This document shows positions 25,923 to 38,588 of a stretch of DNA of 54,384 nt, piece after piece; the first letter of the stretch is position 1, and each line of letters starts with the position of its first letter. Source of the stretch: Octopus bimaculoides (Eukaryota); NCBI RefSeq assembly GCF_001194135.2, contig NC_068987.1, positions 49,840,748 through 49,895,131 on the forward strand, read 5' to 3'. The position numbers and the translations under genes are program-made. The notes beneath the pieces are model-generated. The model did not search any database. It saw only the letters and a list, made by a program, of their open reading frames with translations, and was not told where the DNA came from.

Positions 25923-26519
25923 CACACACATATGTGTATGTATATAAGAGTACACTTATAGGTATGTATGTATATGTATATATATCATTATTTCGCTTAG
26001 GCATAGTGATATTAATAAGCTGGTGTTAGGACTCAATATACATATGCTTCAGAACAAGGCGTCAGTCGAATAGAGAGCAGTAATAAGAAATTAAATAAAT
26101 GACAAGAGAATAAGTAATTGTCCTGAAATTCATTTACTTACAGCTGAGTGCATGTGTATCACCTTACACCTTCATCACACACACACATGATCCAACCCAT
26201 GCCAGCATGGAACACAGATGTTAAATGATGATGATAATATAGTATTTAGAGTAAGAACTGGGTGAAACAAGTTCTGGGGAATTATAACCCTTGCCAGCAA
26301 TAAAGAGCTGCTCATCCAGAGTGAAAGATCTTGTAAGATCTTTGTAAGATTGTAAGATCTTGTGTGAGAAATGCAAAGTTGCATGGCAGTGAGAAATGGG
26401 ACTTGAATTTAGGTTTATGAAAATAGAAAGAAATGAAGTAAGCATGCTTCATTGAGTGTGTAATTTTAGTGAATACAAAGAGCTGCAAAGTCACCATCTG
26501 CTACTCCCTCTTGACTATT

Positions 26520-27045
26520 CAATACCCTCTCAGTGACAAGCGTGGCAACCTGTTATCTCTTGCATGAAGCTCAACATTCTGAAGCCAGTCTTAACTTTGT
26601 CCATCATCTTCCCAGTTCCAGTTTTTCTCAACACATTTAAACTCCATCATTTGTATACACCGAGATCCAGTGGAGCATGTTAGCTTCATTCCTTTCTAGT
26701 CTTCGATATCCTCTGCATACACACTCACATTTCACTACCATGTAACACTGCTGTTTATACACAGCATCCTACAATCTAGTTTGCCCTTTAAGAGTGCGGC
26801 ATGTTGTTACCAACAGAGATAATAGCTCTTAGAATCTTCTGTATCCTGTTCTAATTCTTGCAACTATGATCTCGGAACATCCTCCTCCACTGCTAATTAT
26901 GTCACCTAGGTAACAAAAGATAACCACTAGCTCCAAGGGATCCTCCTTGACATTTGAGAATTTCAATCACCCATGTGTTCCCAGTACTTATTGCCCCTGT
27001 GCATCTTCCACAAAGTCCACTCTCTTGTCACCATGGGTAACATCA
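26520..27045 (-). pseudogene. Decayed RTE-LINE fragment
   Basis: The minus strand reads FCYLGDIISSGGGCSEIIVARIRTG, homologous to 18140-18210. Confidence 0.75.
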
Positions 27046-30000
27046 GGAAATACAGCATAATTACATTAATTATAATTTGACTTTTATCATGTCTTGCTAC
27101 TTGTACAAAATGAAATGATTACTAATTTTCAAAAGAAAAATACTTATTACCTTGAAATAAAATTTAAAGAAAACAAATTTCTTATTTAACTTCATATAAG
27201 TTCAACCCATGCCAGCATGGAAAGTGGATGTTAAATGATGATGATGAATTCCTCCCACAACTACTCTCATTTACTCCTGTCTTCAATTTTTTTCTCTTGC
27301 CCTCTGTATGTGTATATATGTGTGTGTGTATGTGTACACATACACACACATATATACACACATACACAAGCATACACAATAAAAAGCAAGAGATGACTAC
27401 AGTTTAATGTTTCTGTTTGGGTTTGATTTGTGATGAAAATACCATCAATGAATGGTTAATGCTGTTTGTAAACAAAATGTTGCATTCAGGAATGTCTCTT
27501 ATTGAGTTTCTCCACAGAAGGTGGCTTAATCATAAATAATTAATTACCTTTGAGGGTCTGATTGTTAATAGGAAAAAAATGTAGAAAAAAAACCCCAGCA
27601 GCCACAACATATAAAATGCTCACTTACCTAATCTATATTAAACAGACTGGTACTGAGATTAATGTTTCATAAAAAAAAATTTAGTGGTTCCATGGTATAG
27701 TGATTATCACATCTGCTTAACAGGTAGTACGCCGAGAGTCCAGAACATGATGAAACCTGATTATTTTTTAAGTGCAAGCATAGCTGTGTGGTTCAGAAGT
27801 TTACTTCCCCAGCATGTCTTGAGTTCAGCCCCACTGCACAGCACATTAGGTAACTGTCTTCTACTTTAGCCCCAGGTCAACCAAAGCCTTGTATGTGGAT
27901 TTGGTAGATGGCAACTGAAAGAGGTCCATTGTGTGTGTGTCCGTGTCCCAATACTGCTTCACAACCAGCATTGGTTTTTTTTTTACATCCCATCACTTAG
28001 CAGTTTAACAAAAGGCACCAAGAGAATAAGTACCAGGCTTTAAAAAAAAATTGAAGTTAATTTGTTCAACTAAAATTTTCAAAGCAGTGTACCAGCATGG
28101 CCACAGTCCAATGACTGAAACAAGTAAAAGATAAAAGGTTTCTGAGAGAGCACTATTGCTATTACTAATGTTTGTGATGATTATTAGAAAGCCAAGGTTA
28201 ACTTTGCCTTTCAAGGTTGATAAAATAAAGTATCAGTCAAGTAGTGGGGTCAATGTAAGCGATTAATCCCCACCCAAAACACTGTTGACCTTATGGAAGT
28301 GGCATGCATACAATAATTTTAATTTAACTTTTATGAAATTTCTTTGTGCTCATACTAAATGATGAAATGAATGCTAATTTACAAACTACCCTACTACCTG
28401 ACTATCAGTCAAGTAGTATGGCCAATGTAATAAACTTGATTCCTTCCCTCACATTTGTTGGCCTTGTGCCAAAATTAGAATTATTTATTTGCCATGAAAG
28501 CAACTGAAATACATTTATTACATTTTTTTTCCTTCCTAGAGGTTGTCATGTCAGTGTATGATCCGCCACACCACCCCACCCACCACTGACTGCCTTGAAA
28601 AGCACTATGTGCTTCTGATGGGATTTTCTATAAGAGAATACAAAAGTGATTTTTCAAGTTGCTTTCTTTCAGGTATTTTTTACAATGAATCATGCCACTG
28701 GTTAGATCTACATAAGTCAGCTACATCTAGGCACTTGGAATATAAAGTGCCCAGCAATAATCATCATCATCGTTTAACGTCCGCTTTCCATGCTAGCATG
28801 GATTGGACAATTTGACTGAGGACTGGTGAACCAGATGGCTACACCAGACTCCAATCTGATTTGACAGAGTTTCTACAGCTGGATGCCCTTCCTAACGCCA
28901 ACCACTCCGAGAGTGTAGTGGGTGCTTTTACGTGCCACCGGCACTAAGGCCAGTCACGTGGTACTGGCAATGGCCACACTCAGAATAGTGTATTTTACGT
29001 GCCACCTGCACAGGAGTCAATCCAGCGGCACTGGCAACGATCTCGCTCGAATGTCTTTTCACGTGCCACCAGCACAAGTGCCAGGAAGGCGATGCTGGTA
29101 ATAATGTAAAGTACTTCATCCAACACTTGAGCAATTCTACAAATGCACTAACCTGAACTGGCACCTTATTCTATCAACCTCCATAAAAATGAAAGGCAAA
29201 TTTGACCTCAGGAAATTTTGAGCTCACAACATTGAGAGGTGAAGCAAATAAGTAATTTCATTCAATGCTATAACGAACCTGCCTTTTCATCACCTTTAAT
29301 ACAATAACGGGGTGAAAAAAGCCTTTACCCAAGTTCAATAGACAAAATACAAATATACACCTTGAAGTCACACACACAAATATATACACATTTGTTTACA
29401 AAAAATTCAAGAATCAAAATGCAGGAAATCCACAGATAGTTGGAAGTTTATAGAGGACCACGAAATATACAATTTCTTTTGAAATTGTATTTCACTTGAA
29501 ACATTTGATTCATTAGATTAATGTACAAGTCCACCTAGGTTGTATTGAATGCACAGTCTTAGGAGACATCTCTGATATAGTCTGTTATACAATTATCATG
29601 TTTTTCACCTTGAGAGCAGTTATCTCTTGTTATTTTTCACTTTGCACCAAGAAGTAAATGATCTTAACTATGGAGTGAAATTGGAGACAATCTATTTGTA
29701 ATATTATTATGTTGCTGAAGGCAGCAAGCTGGCAGAATTATTAGCACACCAAACAAAATGCTTAGTGACATTCTGAACCTTTCATCCCTTTGGTGTCAAT
29801 AAAATAAGTACCAGTTGATTACTGGGGGGGTCGATGTAATCAACTTACCCTCTCCCTCAAAATTGTTGGCCTTGCACTAAACTTTGAAACCAATGTTATT
29901 ATGCTGTTGTACAACTATGTTAGTAAAACTTTAATAAATCTTGAAATGTTATATTACATCCTTATTTTCATAACAGAGGAAAGTTTATATGGCTAGACTT

Positions 30001-31721
30001 GAACCCATAACCTAAATGAATGTGCTTAAATCTCTCTCCCCAACTCGTGTATCTTTTGTCATTCACCATTATCAACATCAGCATCTTCACCTCTGCCTCC
30101 ATCAATACCACTACTGTAACTATCACTTTTAGAAATCCTTCAACAGCCCTGTTAAGGGTCCTGCTCCATAGTCTTTCTTCATATAATCCTCCTTACTATG
30201 TTTCACTACTCCTGAACCCCTTGTATTTAACACATCTGTCCAAACACCAATCTTCCAGAACACTCTCTTTCCCCACATTTTTCCCTACAGGCATTAACCT
30301 ACCCAAGTTCAAGCTGAACATCTGACTGGCTTCATCTCACCAGCTTGGGCTGGCTAGTATAAATCTGCTTCTGCTACCTGTGACTAATTAATAAGTTTTT
30401 AAAAATTGTGATAAGTAAGAAAATCAATTATTCACTTGATTGTATCCAGACAAGTAGTTTCAAGTAAATATAGTGTAGTCACAACATAGCAGAATAGGTT
30501 TGATATACCTGTATGAACAAGTCATATGGAAACAGTCGATATGACCATTTATATATTTTTTTGGATCATTACCTCCCGCTCATGCCATCCATTCCAACAT
30601 CTAATCTACAGAGTTCAGTAAGTTCAGTGCTTACTCAGGCATTTACTCTGATTTTAGCTGTATATATAGACACATTGGATGCATGCATCACCATCATCGT
30701 GAAGGTGGTCAGCTAGCAGAATTGTTAGCATGCCAGGTGGAATGCTTAGCAGCATTTCATCCGTCTTTACATTCTGAGTTCTAATTCCACGAAGGTTGAC
30801 TTTGCCTTTCATCCTTGCAGGGTCAATAAATTAAGTACCAGTGAAACACTAGAGTCAATATAATCGACTAGTTCCCTCCCACAAAGTTTCAGGCCTTGTG
30901 CCTTTATTAGAAAGGATTATCATTTTAACCTCCCCTTTTCCAAGTTTGTATGGGCTGGATGGAGTTTGAGGCAGACTTTCTATGGCCAGATGCCCTTCCT
31001 GTTGCTAACTCTCACCTTTTTCCAAGCAAGGTAATATTTCCCGAAGACCAGATATTTTTACAGAATATCATAAATGCACAACATCCATTTATAACAGCCA
31101 TGCAATGTCAAGACAAGAAAACACAAACACACACATATCTCATCATCACCATCATCATTTAACGTCCATTTTCCAGGCTGGCATGGATTGGACAGTTTAA
31201 CAAGAGCTAACAAGCCAGAAGACTGCACCAGGCTTCACTGTCAGTTTTGGCACAGTTTTTACAAATGAATGCCAGCAGATAACTCCTTAAAAATTATCAC
31301 TCCATTCTTACACCAGCTATTATACTTTCAGAACACCACTACCACCACTGCTGACACATCAAGGTAACAGAAGCTGTCATTTACCTATAGTACAAAACGA
31401 GTAGGAGTGGAGACAGATGAACTAGGAGGTGGACAGAGGTGCATGACTATATAGGAGAGTGAGAGGGGGAAGTAGGTGAGGGACTGAATCTAATGAAGCA
31501 CAAGTATTGGGGGAAGATGAATAGGGGATGGCTTCATCATTTCGGGATTTAGTCATATATAAGCAGCTTTCAAATAAATTAGTGATTCTCATCCATTTTT
31601 TACCTATGGACCCCTTTGATTCCTATTTTACTCAGATGGACCTACTATAGCCATTTGATGTTTTAAAAACCCTGTTATATTTTAATAATTAAATATTATT
31701 AGGAATTGTATAAAAGAAATT

Positions 31722-32230
31722 AAAGTATTTGGTTAATGTTTACAAGTACACAGGCACGAAAAGAATCGACTTCTTTTTTTTTTTTTTTCAGCAGATTCCT
31801 ATGTTTTTCGATGACGGACATTCTGAATATGGGATCCTTTTGATTTGGTGGACACCATTTGTTTTCTAACCAAACACTTTCAAACATGGGACACTGGTAG
31901 AATGTGTCATATGAAACATCTTTTTTTCCCTTGAATAAAATTACTACCGTTGTTTGTCAACAACAACTATCGGCGGTACTGTTATTTATGACATCGTTCG
32001 TGTGTTTGTACTGGTTTTAGCTTTATATTTTTAAAGTTATTTCGTGTTAAAATTTTAAAATTTGGGGTGGGGAGGGGATAATTGAAAATTTTGAAAACTT
32101 GATTTTTGACATACTCAGAATCTCCGTCATCGAAAACATAGAAATCCGCTGAAAGAATTTTTTTTTTTCCTTTTAAAGGGGGTCGATTTTTTTCGTGCCG
32201 GTGTACTTGTAAACATTAACTAAGTATTTT
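31722..32230. mobile_element. MITE with about 110-120 bp terminal inverted repeats
   Basis: TTAATGTTTACAAGTACAC(A/C)GGCACGAAAA...TTTTCGATGACGGA on the left is mirrored at 32109-32230. Confidence 0.8.
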
Positions 32231-32925
32231 GTGTATTGCAGAAATACAGCCAATTTATTGCACATAAATTTCAACAACAAAATGTTATATGGATCCTGGT
32301 TGAGAACTACCGAAACTGTTATTAGCCATACTTCTATTTCTTCAGCATTCTTTCCGACGCTCTAACGAATCTGCAATTTTACATTTCAATAATAAATGTT
32401 ACAAAGCTTATTACGACACCGAGCAAATTTGGGGGCAAAATTGATTAATGACTAATTTCAGTAATTTCTTCTATTCAACTGCATGGTGTGTAAATATATC
32501 AATGAAGAGTTAACTCCAGCAGATTGTGGAGAAACTGTAGAGAATATTTTATGTTGAGATTTTAGATCTATTATAGTTGAGCTTCGTTAACTTCATACCA
32601 TGTACCATTTTTTTCCGTGATCCTCTTTCATTTAATCGGGATAATTTTAATTTTTGTTGCATTTCTGATCTTTCTGATATCTAAGGATGAATATTGACGT
32701 GTATGAGTCATTTTTCAAATGTAATTCTGTATATCTTTTGTATATGTTCAGCTAATATAGTTTTTGTAAGGTGGTGAACATTTGTTAAAAAAAAAAATTT
32801 TTCCCAAAGTCAAAAATGCAATAAATCTGTGCCCTGTCCCCCTCCCCACTCATCTTTTGAATTTTATTTTCCTCTCTGCATCACCAAATACGCATACACA
32901 CATTTCATAAGATAAAAACAAAAAT

Positions 32926-32999
32926 CACCTGTACACTTCAAAGACTTTCAAATATATATATATATATATATATTTGAAAGTCTTTGAAGTGTACAGGTG
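32926..32999. repeat. Perfect 74-bp palindrome centred on (TA)n
   Basis: CACCTGTACACTTCAAAGACTTTCAAA-(TA)n-TTTGAAAGTCTTTGAAGTGTACAGGTG, checked base by base. Confidence 0.95.
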
Positions 33000-33034
<35 letters not shown>

Positions 33035-33849
33035 TTAATATTAGGGATAAAAATCCAAATTTACAGGTAAAAACTCAATTAAATTCAATTTAATTAATTT
33101 AATTTCCCTAAAACTATATATGGAAAGACTTCCGCTTGTCCACCCCACCCCCCATTATATATAGCATAAATATATCTTTTGTCCACCAAGAATGACAGTC
33201 TTGTCTTGAAAAATACTAAAGCAACAATGTTTCAAATTGCCCAGAAACATTCAAAGATGTCTTACCGTTTGTCTAAGAACGTATTCTCAATGTTTTCAAT
33301 TCAAATGATAACCAGGTACTTCGATACAAGTATATAAATAGATTTTGCTTGCCTTCACAATGTGAGTAAATATTGTTTGCATTATAATTGCAATTCCTAT
33401 AAAACCATCAGCAACAAATATAATGAAATCAATAACAGAAACACAAGAAACATTCATAAAATACAATATCCATATACAGTCTTCATTATACTGAAGGACA
33501 ATAGAAAAAAAGAACTTGAGAAACTCACCCAAATGTTGACTCATTAATCATGCCAAAAGTGATTTTGGTAAAGCTTGTAAAACGATCTCAGACAGAGTTA
33601 ACGCTGGTATAAAGCGGTCCACGAATTTAAATCTGTGGAATAATTCCGCTTCGGTTATCACGTGCAGATTGTAATGGTGTCAATTTTATCGATGTTGACG
33701 TCGTTAATTATTTGTCCTTCCACAAACCAAAGCCATCCATTCCGCCAAAAAAGTACACAGACTGTCACTCAAAGTGATTTTGGTGAAATTTGTGTTACGA
33801 TGGCATAAATAAAGCGGCCTAAGAACTTAAATCTGTGAAATACTAATAG

Positions 33850-35550
33850 AAACAAGGCCTGAAATTTTAGAATGGAGTTTAGTTGATTATATCGACCCCA
33901 GTGGTACTTATTTCATCGACCGCGAAAGGGTGAAAGGTCAAGTCGACTTCGGCGGAATTTGAACTCAGAACGAAACGCCGCTAAGCATTTTGTCCGGCGT
34001 GCTAATGATTCTGCCAGCTCGCCGCCTTGAATATGTGAAATAATACAGCTCGGCATCAGCAACACAAATTCATCAAAGCCGATGTTGTTAGTTTATTGTT
34101 CTTCGATGAGTCAGAATCTTTTGTAAGCTATTTTGGCAGAACATTACACAAATATCCCACAGAGCGACCTGCACAACATGTTAAACAGTCCCACCTTTTT
34201 AACAAACATGTTTAATATGTGACATTAAAATAGCCTTGTATATCGTGAATTTGCACAAGAACGACTGTCGCATCAATTTTAAATATGAACAAATACCACA
34301 GTTGACTATGCCGGGAAACAAATAATAACAGCATTCTACTAGTTGGATCTGTGGTTGAAAGTTGAAATGAACCTTACTTACAAAGGTACACTTTCGGATG
34401 TCATGTTCAAACATAAATTCACTCACGACAATCAAACCCCGCCTCTTCCCTTTTTGCGATTTTGATTTTGTTGAAACCAGTATTGTTATATTTAGCAAGT
34501 GTCACAATTAATAAAGCCTATTTAGTTTTGGGTTTTTATAAATAATTAACCGTTGGTAGTTCACAATATTCAGTAAGCTGCATGTGAAGACAATAATTCT
34601 TTCTACGATAGGCAGGCACGAGGCCTGAAATTTTGGGGATGGATTCGATCTCGAAAGGATGAACGGCAAGATCGACCTCGGCGGAATTTGAACTCAGAAC
34701 GTGAAGCCGGAAAAATTGCCGTTAGCGATTCTGCCAACAAAAATGCTCGCACTAATAGTTGAGTTTTCATATATTTTATTTAACCCGCATCGTACGTATA
34801 ATCGATGTAATGGAATAACGTCCATGAAACAACGAACATAATAGAAATCTATAATTCAACATGCTAGATAATATTATGAAAGTAGTTCATAGTTATTGGA
34901 GACGAATTGAGAAGGATTTACATTATTGCATGTAAGCAATGTGTTTGTGGTTAGATACTACGATTCGAAGTTGGTAGCCTTTGTTGAATACGACATAAGT
35001 ATGTTAAATAAGAAGTAAAATGGTGAGGAGACCGACAGTTTTGTGTGGAATGTTCAGTGGCCCTAGTCTGAGGTAGAATTCGCCATCTTTTTTAAAATCT
35101 TATATTGATTTCAAATTTAAGCACAAGGCCAGCAGTTTGGGGGAGGAGCCAAGTCGATTAAATCAACTAGTGTGTGACTGGTATTTATTTTATCGACCTC
35201 GAAAGTATGAAAAGCAAAGTCTACCTCGACGAAATTTGAACTCAGAACGTAGAGACAGACGAAATTCTACTAAGCAGTGGCCTGGGAACGAAATTTGCTT
35301 ACGGAGTGCAAATTCAGGCCCAAAATTTTTTACGAAAAAAGTGGATTTTTTTCATTGTTAATATTAAAACAAATGCAGGTATAATCTTTTCTCCTATAGG
35401 TACAAAGCCTGAAATTTTTTTTTTTTTTTAGGGGGCGGAACAGTCGATCACATCGATTCCAGTACTTGACTGGTGCTTAATTTATTGACCCCTAAAGGAT
35501 GAACGGCAAAGTTGGCCTCGGCGGGATACCGATTCTCCCAGCTCATTGCC
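33850..35550 (+). mobile_element. Cluster of four CpG-rich copies of a conserved-core SINE family (33850-34030, 34615-34740, 35115-35300, 35395-35550)
   Basis: Shared core ATCGAC...AAAGGATGAAAGGCAAAGTCGACCTCGGCGGAATTTGAACTCAGAACG. It resembles a Meta-domain-type SINE core from memory; unverified. Confidence 0.8.
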
Positions 35551-36589
35551 TTAACCAAATCTTATATTATAAAAAAAAATTGCTGATCGCCATCTGTCCG
35601 TCCATAACATCAATGTAGATAGAGAGGAGTGTATCAACAGGGGAGATAAATCCTGTCACAACGACTATTTAGGAGGGAAGCAAGGCGAAAAATTGTTGAG
35701 AGACAAATATAGTAAGAGAAAAATTATATGAGTGACAGACAGATAGATAGTGTTATCACCACAGTAACTAACAAGTTTTGATTAAAAACGTGGGGATTTT
35801 AAGTGCAAGTCTGTCAACACAACACAACACAGACCTCAAAAAAGAAGAAACTGTATGTAAATATATAATACACACAGTTACCATTTTTGTTATTTGTGTT
35901 TGTGTATTTATGTGTGTGTGTGTTTCTGTATGTTTTTCAACATATAGACAATACAACACAGACTTTCACAATAATAATGAGTTGTTATTGTTGTTGAGAG
36001 AGAGAGAGAGAGAGAGAGAGTGTGTGTGTGTGTGTGTGTGTGTGAAAAAGATAGAATTAAAATTTGTTTCAAGAAAAAAACAGGTTATTGTTGAGCATAT
36101 CAATGTCATCATGTATGTGCATCTATGTCTGTTATGTTTTATCCTTTCATGCCATGTAACCTGGTGGTTTATCAACCAAAGACTGAGAAAATAACATGAT
36201 CAGCTAAAACCCTTGAATTTGGTACCCAGCATGGCCACTATCTAGTGATTGTATCCATTAAAAGAAAATAATAATATGCTATTGATTTAGTCATTGGTTC
36301 TCTTGTACTCATAAATTAATATTGTACTTTTATCTTTTGCACTGAAGCAAAACCTTAAGTAGTAATCATGGTGGTGGTGATTTCTTCATTATCACCACAA
36401 TGTGACAGATAAGGAATGATTGTTGAAACATGAGTGTCTTCTTTATCTTCTAATCATAATGTTCCTCACTAGAGTAGTAATAGTGATGGTGGTAGAAGTT
36501 ATGGTTGTAGAAGTGGCGATGATAGTAGTGGTGATGATAGTAGAGGTGGTGGTGGTGATAATGATGGAGGTAGTAGTGGTAGTGCTATG

Positions 36590-36735
36590 AAGTAGTGGTG
36601 GTGGTAGTAGTAGTAGTAGAAGTGGTGACTATAGTAGTAGTAGTAGTAGTAGAAGTGGTGACTATAGTAGTAGTAGTAGTAGTAGAAGTAGTGACTATAG
36701 TAGTAGTAGTAGTAGTAGTAGCAGCAGCAGCAGCA
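36590..36735. repeat. Compound (GTA)n/(GTG)n repeat with a roughly 33-bp higher-order unit, 3 copies
   Basis: (GTA)n-GAAGT(G/A)GTGACTATA is repeated. Confidence 0.85.
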
Positions 36736-37060
36736 GTTTAGTACTAACCAATTTATGGAATAGATTTGGTCTATTGAATACATTGGATTGTGACAGGTTT
36801 AAAATATTGCATACATTATCCTCTATCATTTTGTTTTTTTTCTTTTTTACATTCAGTGTAATGAAGTGTAGTTAGCTGTAATATAACCCAATATTGTATG
36901 TGCTGTAATGCTTGAGAAAATTGTATAATGATTTATGCTTGCTTGTTTTCATGCATCAAGTGGATGGTGATTTACGCTTCAACACTTTCCTAATAGCTTA
37001 ATACTTCCGTTGCAAGTGATGCAGAACAGTAAGCTAACCAGCTCTGTGAAGCTATTTTAA

Positions 37061-37282
37061 CCCTTTAGCATTTAAACTGGCCATGTCCAGCCCAAATATT
37101 CCATCCACTTAATATTCAAACTGGCTAGATCTGGCCTCTCACACCTAACCTGTAATGTCATTCTAAAAATAAACAATTACATATTTGAAATCTCAAAGCT
37201 ACAATGTAATACATGACATTTTTTTTTTTTAATGTGAATAAATAAGCATTGCATTTGACAAAGTAATCTGAATGCTAAAAGG
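37061..37282. mobile_element. piggyBac-like MITE
   Basis: TTAA|CCCTTTAGCATT...AATGCTAAAAGG|TTAA. A related TTAA-type family occurs at about 7217-7444 and 44355-44537. Confidence 0.8.
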
Positions 37283-37713
37283 TTAACACAATTTCCATTT
37301 ATTTGTGTCATACCATACCTTTTCTTTTGTGATTAATAACATGCAAACTCCTGCTACTATAATGGCCTCTGTTCCTTAGAGCTGGCTGCCCCCTGCCATT
37401 CAGGCATTCCTATCCCATTGATTTCTCCTGCTCTCATCATCCTTGTTGTGTCCAATCTTCTCAGGCCCTCAACTAATTCAATAAGCAGACAATTCAGTTG
37501 ATTAAATAACTAGATACTGTTGAAACTGATGGAGATGTAAGTACTTTATTTACATGTGTATGATGTGTAGATTTGTATGTGTGTTTTGTGTGTGTGTGTT
37601 TGTGGATTTGTATGTGTGTTTTGTGTGTGTGTATTTTAGTGTATATGTATGTACATGTGTGTATTTGTATGTATCTATTTGTGAGTGTTTATGTAGTTAT
37701 GTATTTGGGGCTA

Positions 37714-38588
37714 TACAGAGTGTTTGAGCTGAATTTGATGATTTTTTTTATGTCTCTTTTTTTTCCGGAAGCTTGATGTATTGGTGAACATTCAATGGCA
37801 CTGGGAGAGCATAAACACTAATGATATAGTTGAGAAAAAATTATCTGACGTGGAGGGCTTGAACCCATCTGAATATTGGAAAAGAGATACCTGTGTTATG
37901 ATGATTCATGCTGGGTATCAAAATGGTAACATCATGATTGCTGAGGCTGTAAGATGTGGCATGGACAGCTGCAACAGAGACTATGAAAGCCATGGCCTGC
38001 ATGAAGGAACCCAGCAGGCATTCTGATTGTCCACATACCAGAATTCATCCAACATCTTTGAACAGGGCTTTAGGCTCAATTCAGACAGCTTTGTGAAGCT
38101 GTTGGAGACTGTGTCAAAACTCTGGCTGGAGAGGGTTGCTATTGGAAGGTTATATGTGTAGCAGCAAGATTCAGCTCATTGCCATACTTCTAGAAAGAGT
38201 TAGTACTGATTGTCAGAGAATTTCTACAACTTCGCCAGCCCCAATTTCTATTCCCTGAATTGTAATCCCATGGATTACTATGTGGGGTACACAGGTGAGA
38301 AAGACACCAACTGCTTTGCCTGAAACATTAAGGCCAAGCTGGTGACCAAGATAAATGAAATGTACAAAGATTTTCCCAGGAACACACTGAGGAATGCATG
38401 TGCCAAGTTTCAGAGCTGTCTTACAGCCATGGTGGAAGCTGGGGATGGCTGCTTTGAGTAAACTGTTATATCTCAGCCATAATCTGGTTGATATTTTCTG
38501 ATTCTTTTGCAAATACTTTAATTTTTGGATGAGGTACTGTGTTTTCTTTTCTTTTTATGCATACTGTCTAATTTAGCCCAAACATGTA
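37714..38588 (+). mobile_element. Decayed, deleted Tc1/mariner element (maT/DD37D-like)
   Basis: Broken translation LETVxKxWLERVAxGRxYVxQQDSAHCHTSR...NCNPMDYYVWG...NACAKF...MVEAGDGCFE*. Imperfect TIRs (tacagagtgtttgagctgaatt / aatttagcccaaacatgta). Confidence 0.75.

Larger units (their letters stand above)
31750..35720. promoter_or_regulatory. CpG-retaining (probably unmethylated) region, candidate promoter of the tektin gene and possibly of a divergent gene
   Basis: CpG is visibly frequent in both unique DNA and SINE copies. GC box GAGGCGGGG (minus) at 34437-34445. Strong minus-strand donors at 34381, 33528 and 33265. Promoter function is an inference. Confidence 0.55.

Noticed and set aside
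33228-33248. ATTGCCCAGAAAC as a promoter X-box
   Set aside because: Two mismatches to the RFX consensus; expected by chance.
33296-33544. Hydrophobic 82-aa ORF as a small membrane protein
   Set aside because: No recognisable homology, composition expected from AT-rich DNA, and it starts across a strong donor site.
36499-36783. Poly-Tyr, poly-Ile and poly-Asn ORFs here and at 50533-50811
   Set aside because: Translations of trinucleotide microsatellites.
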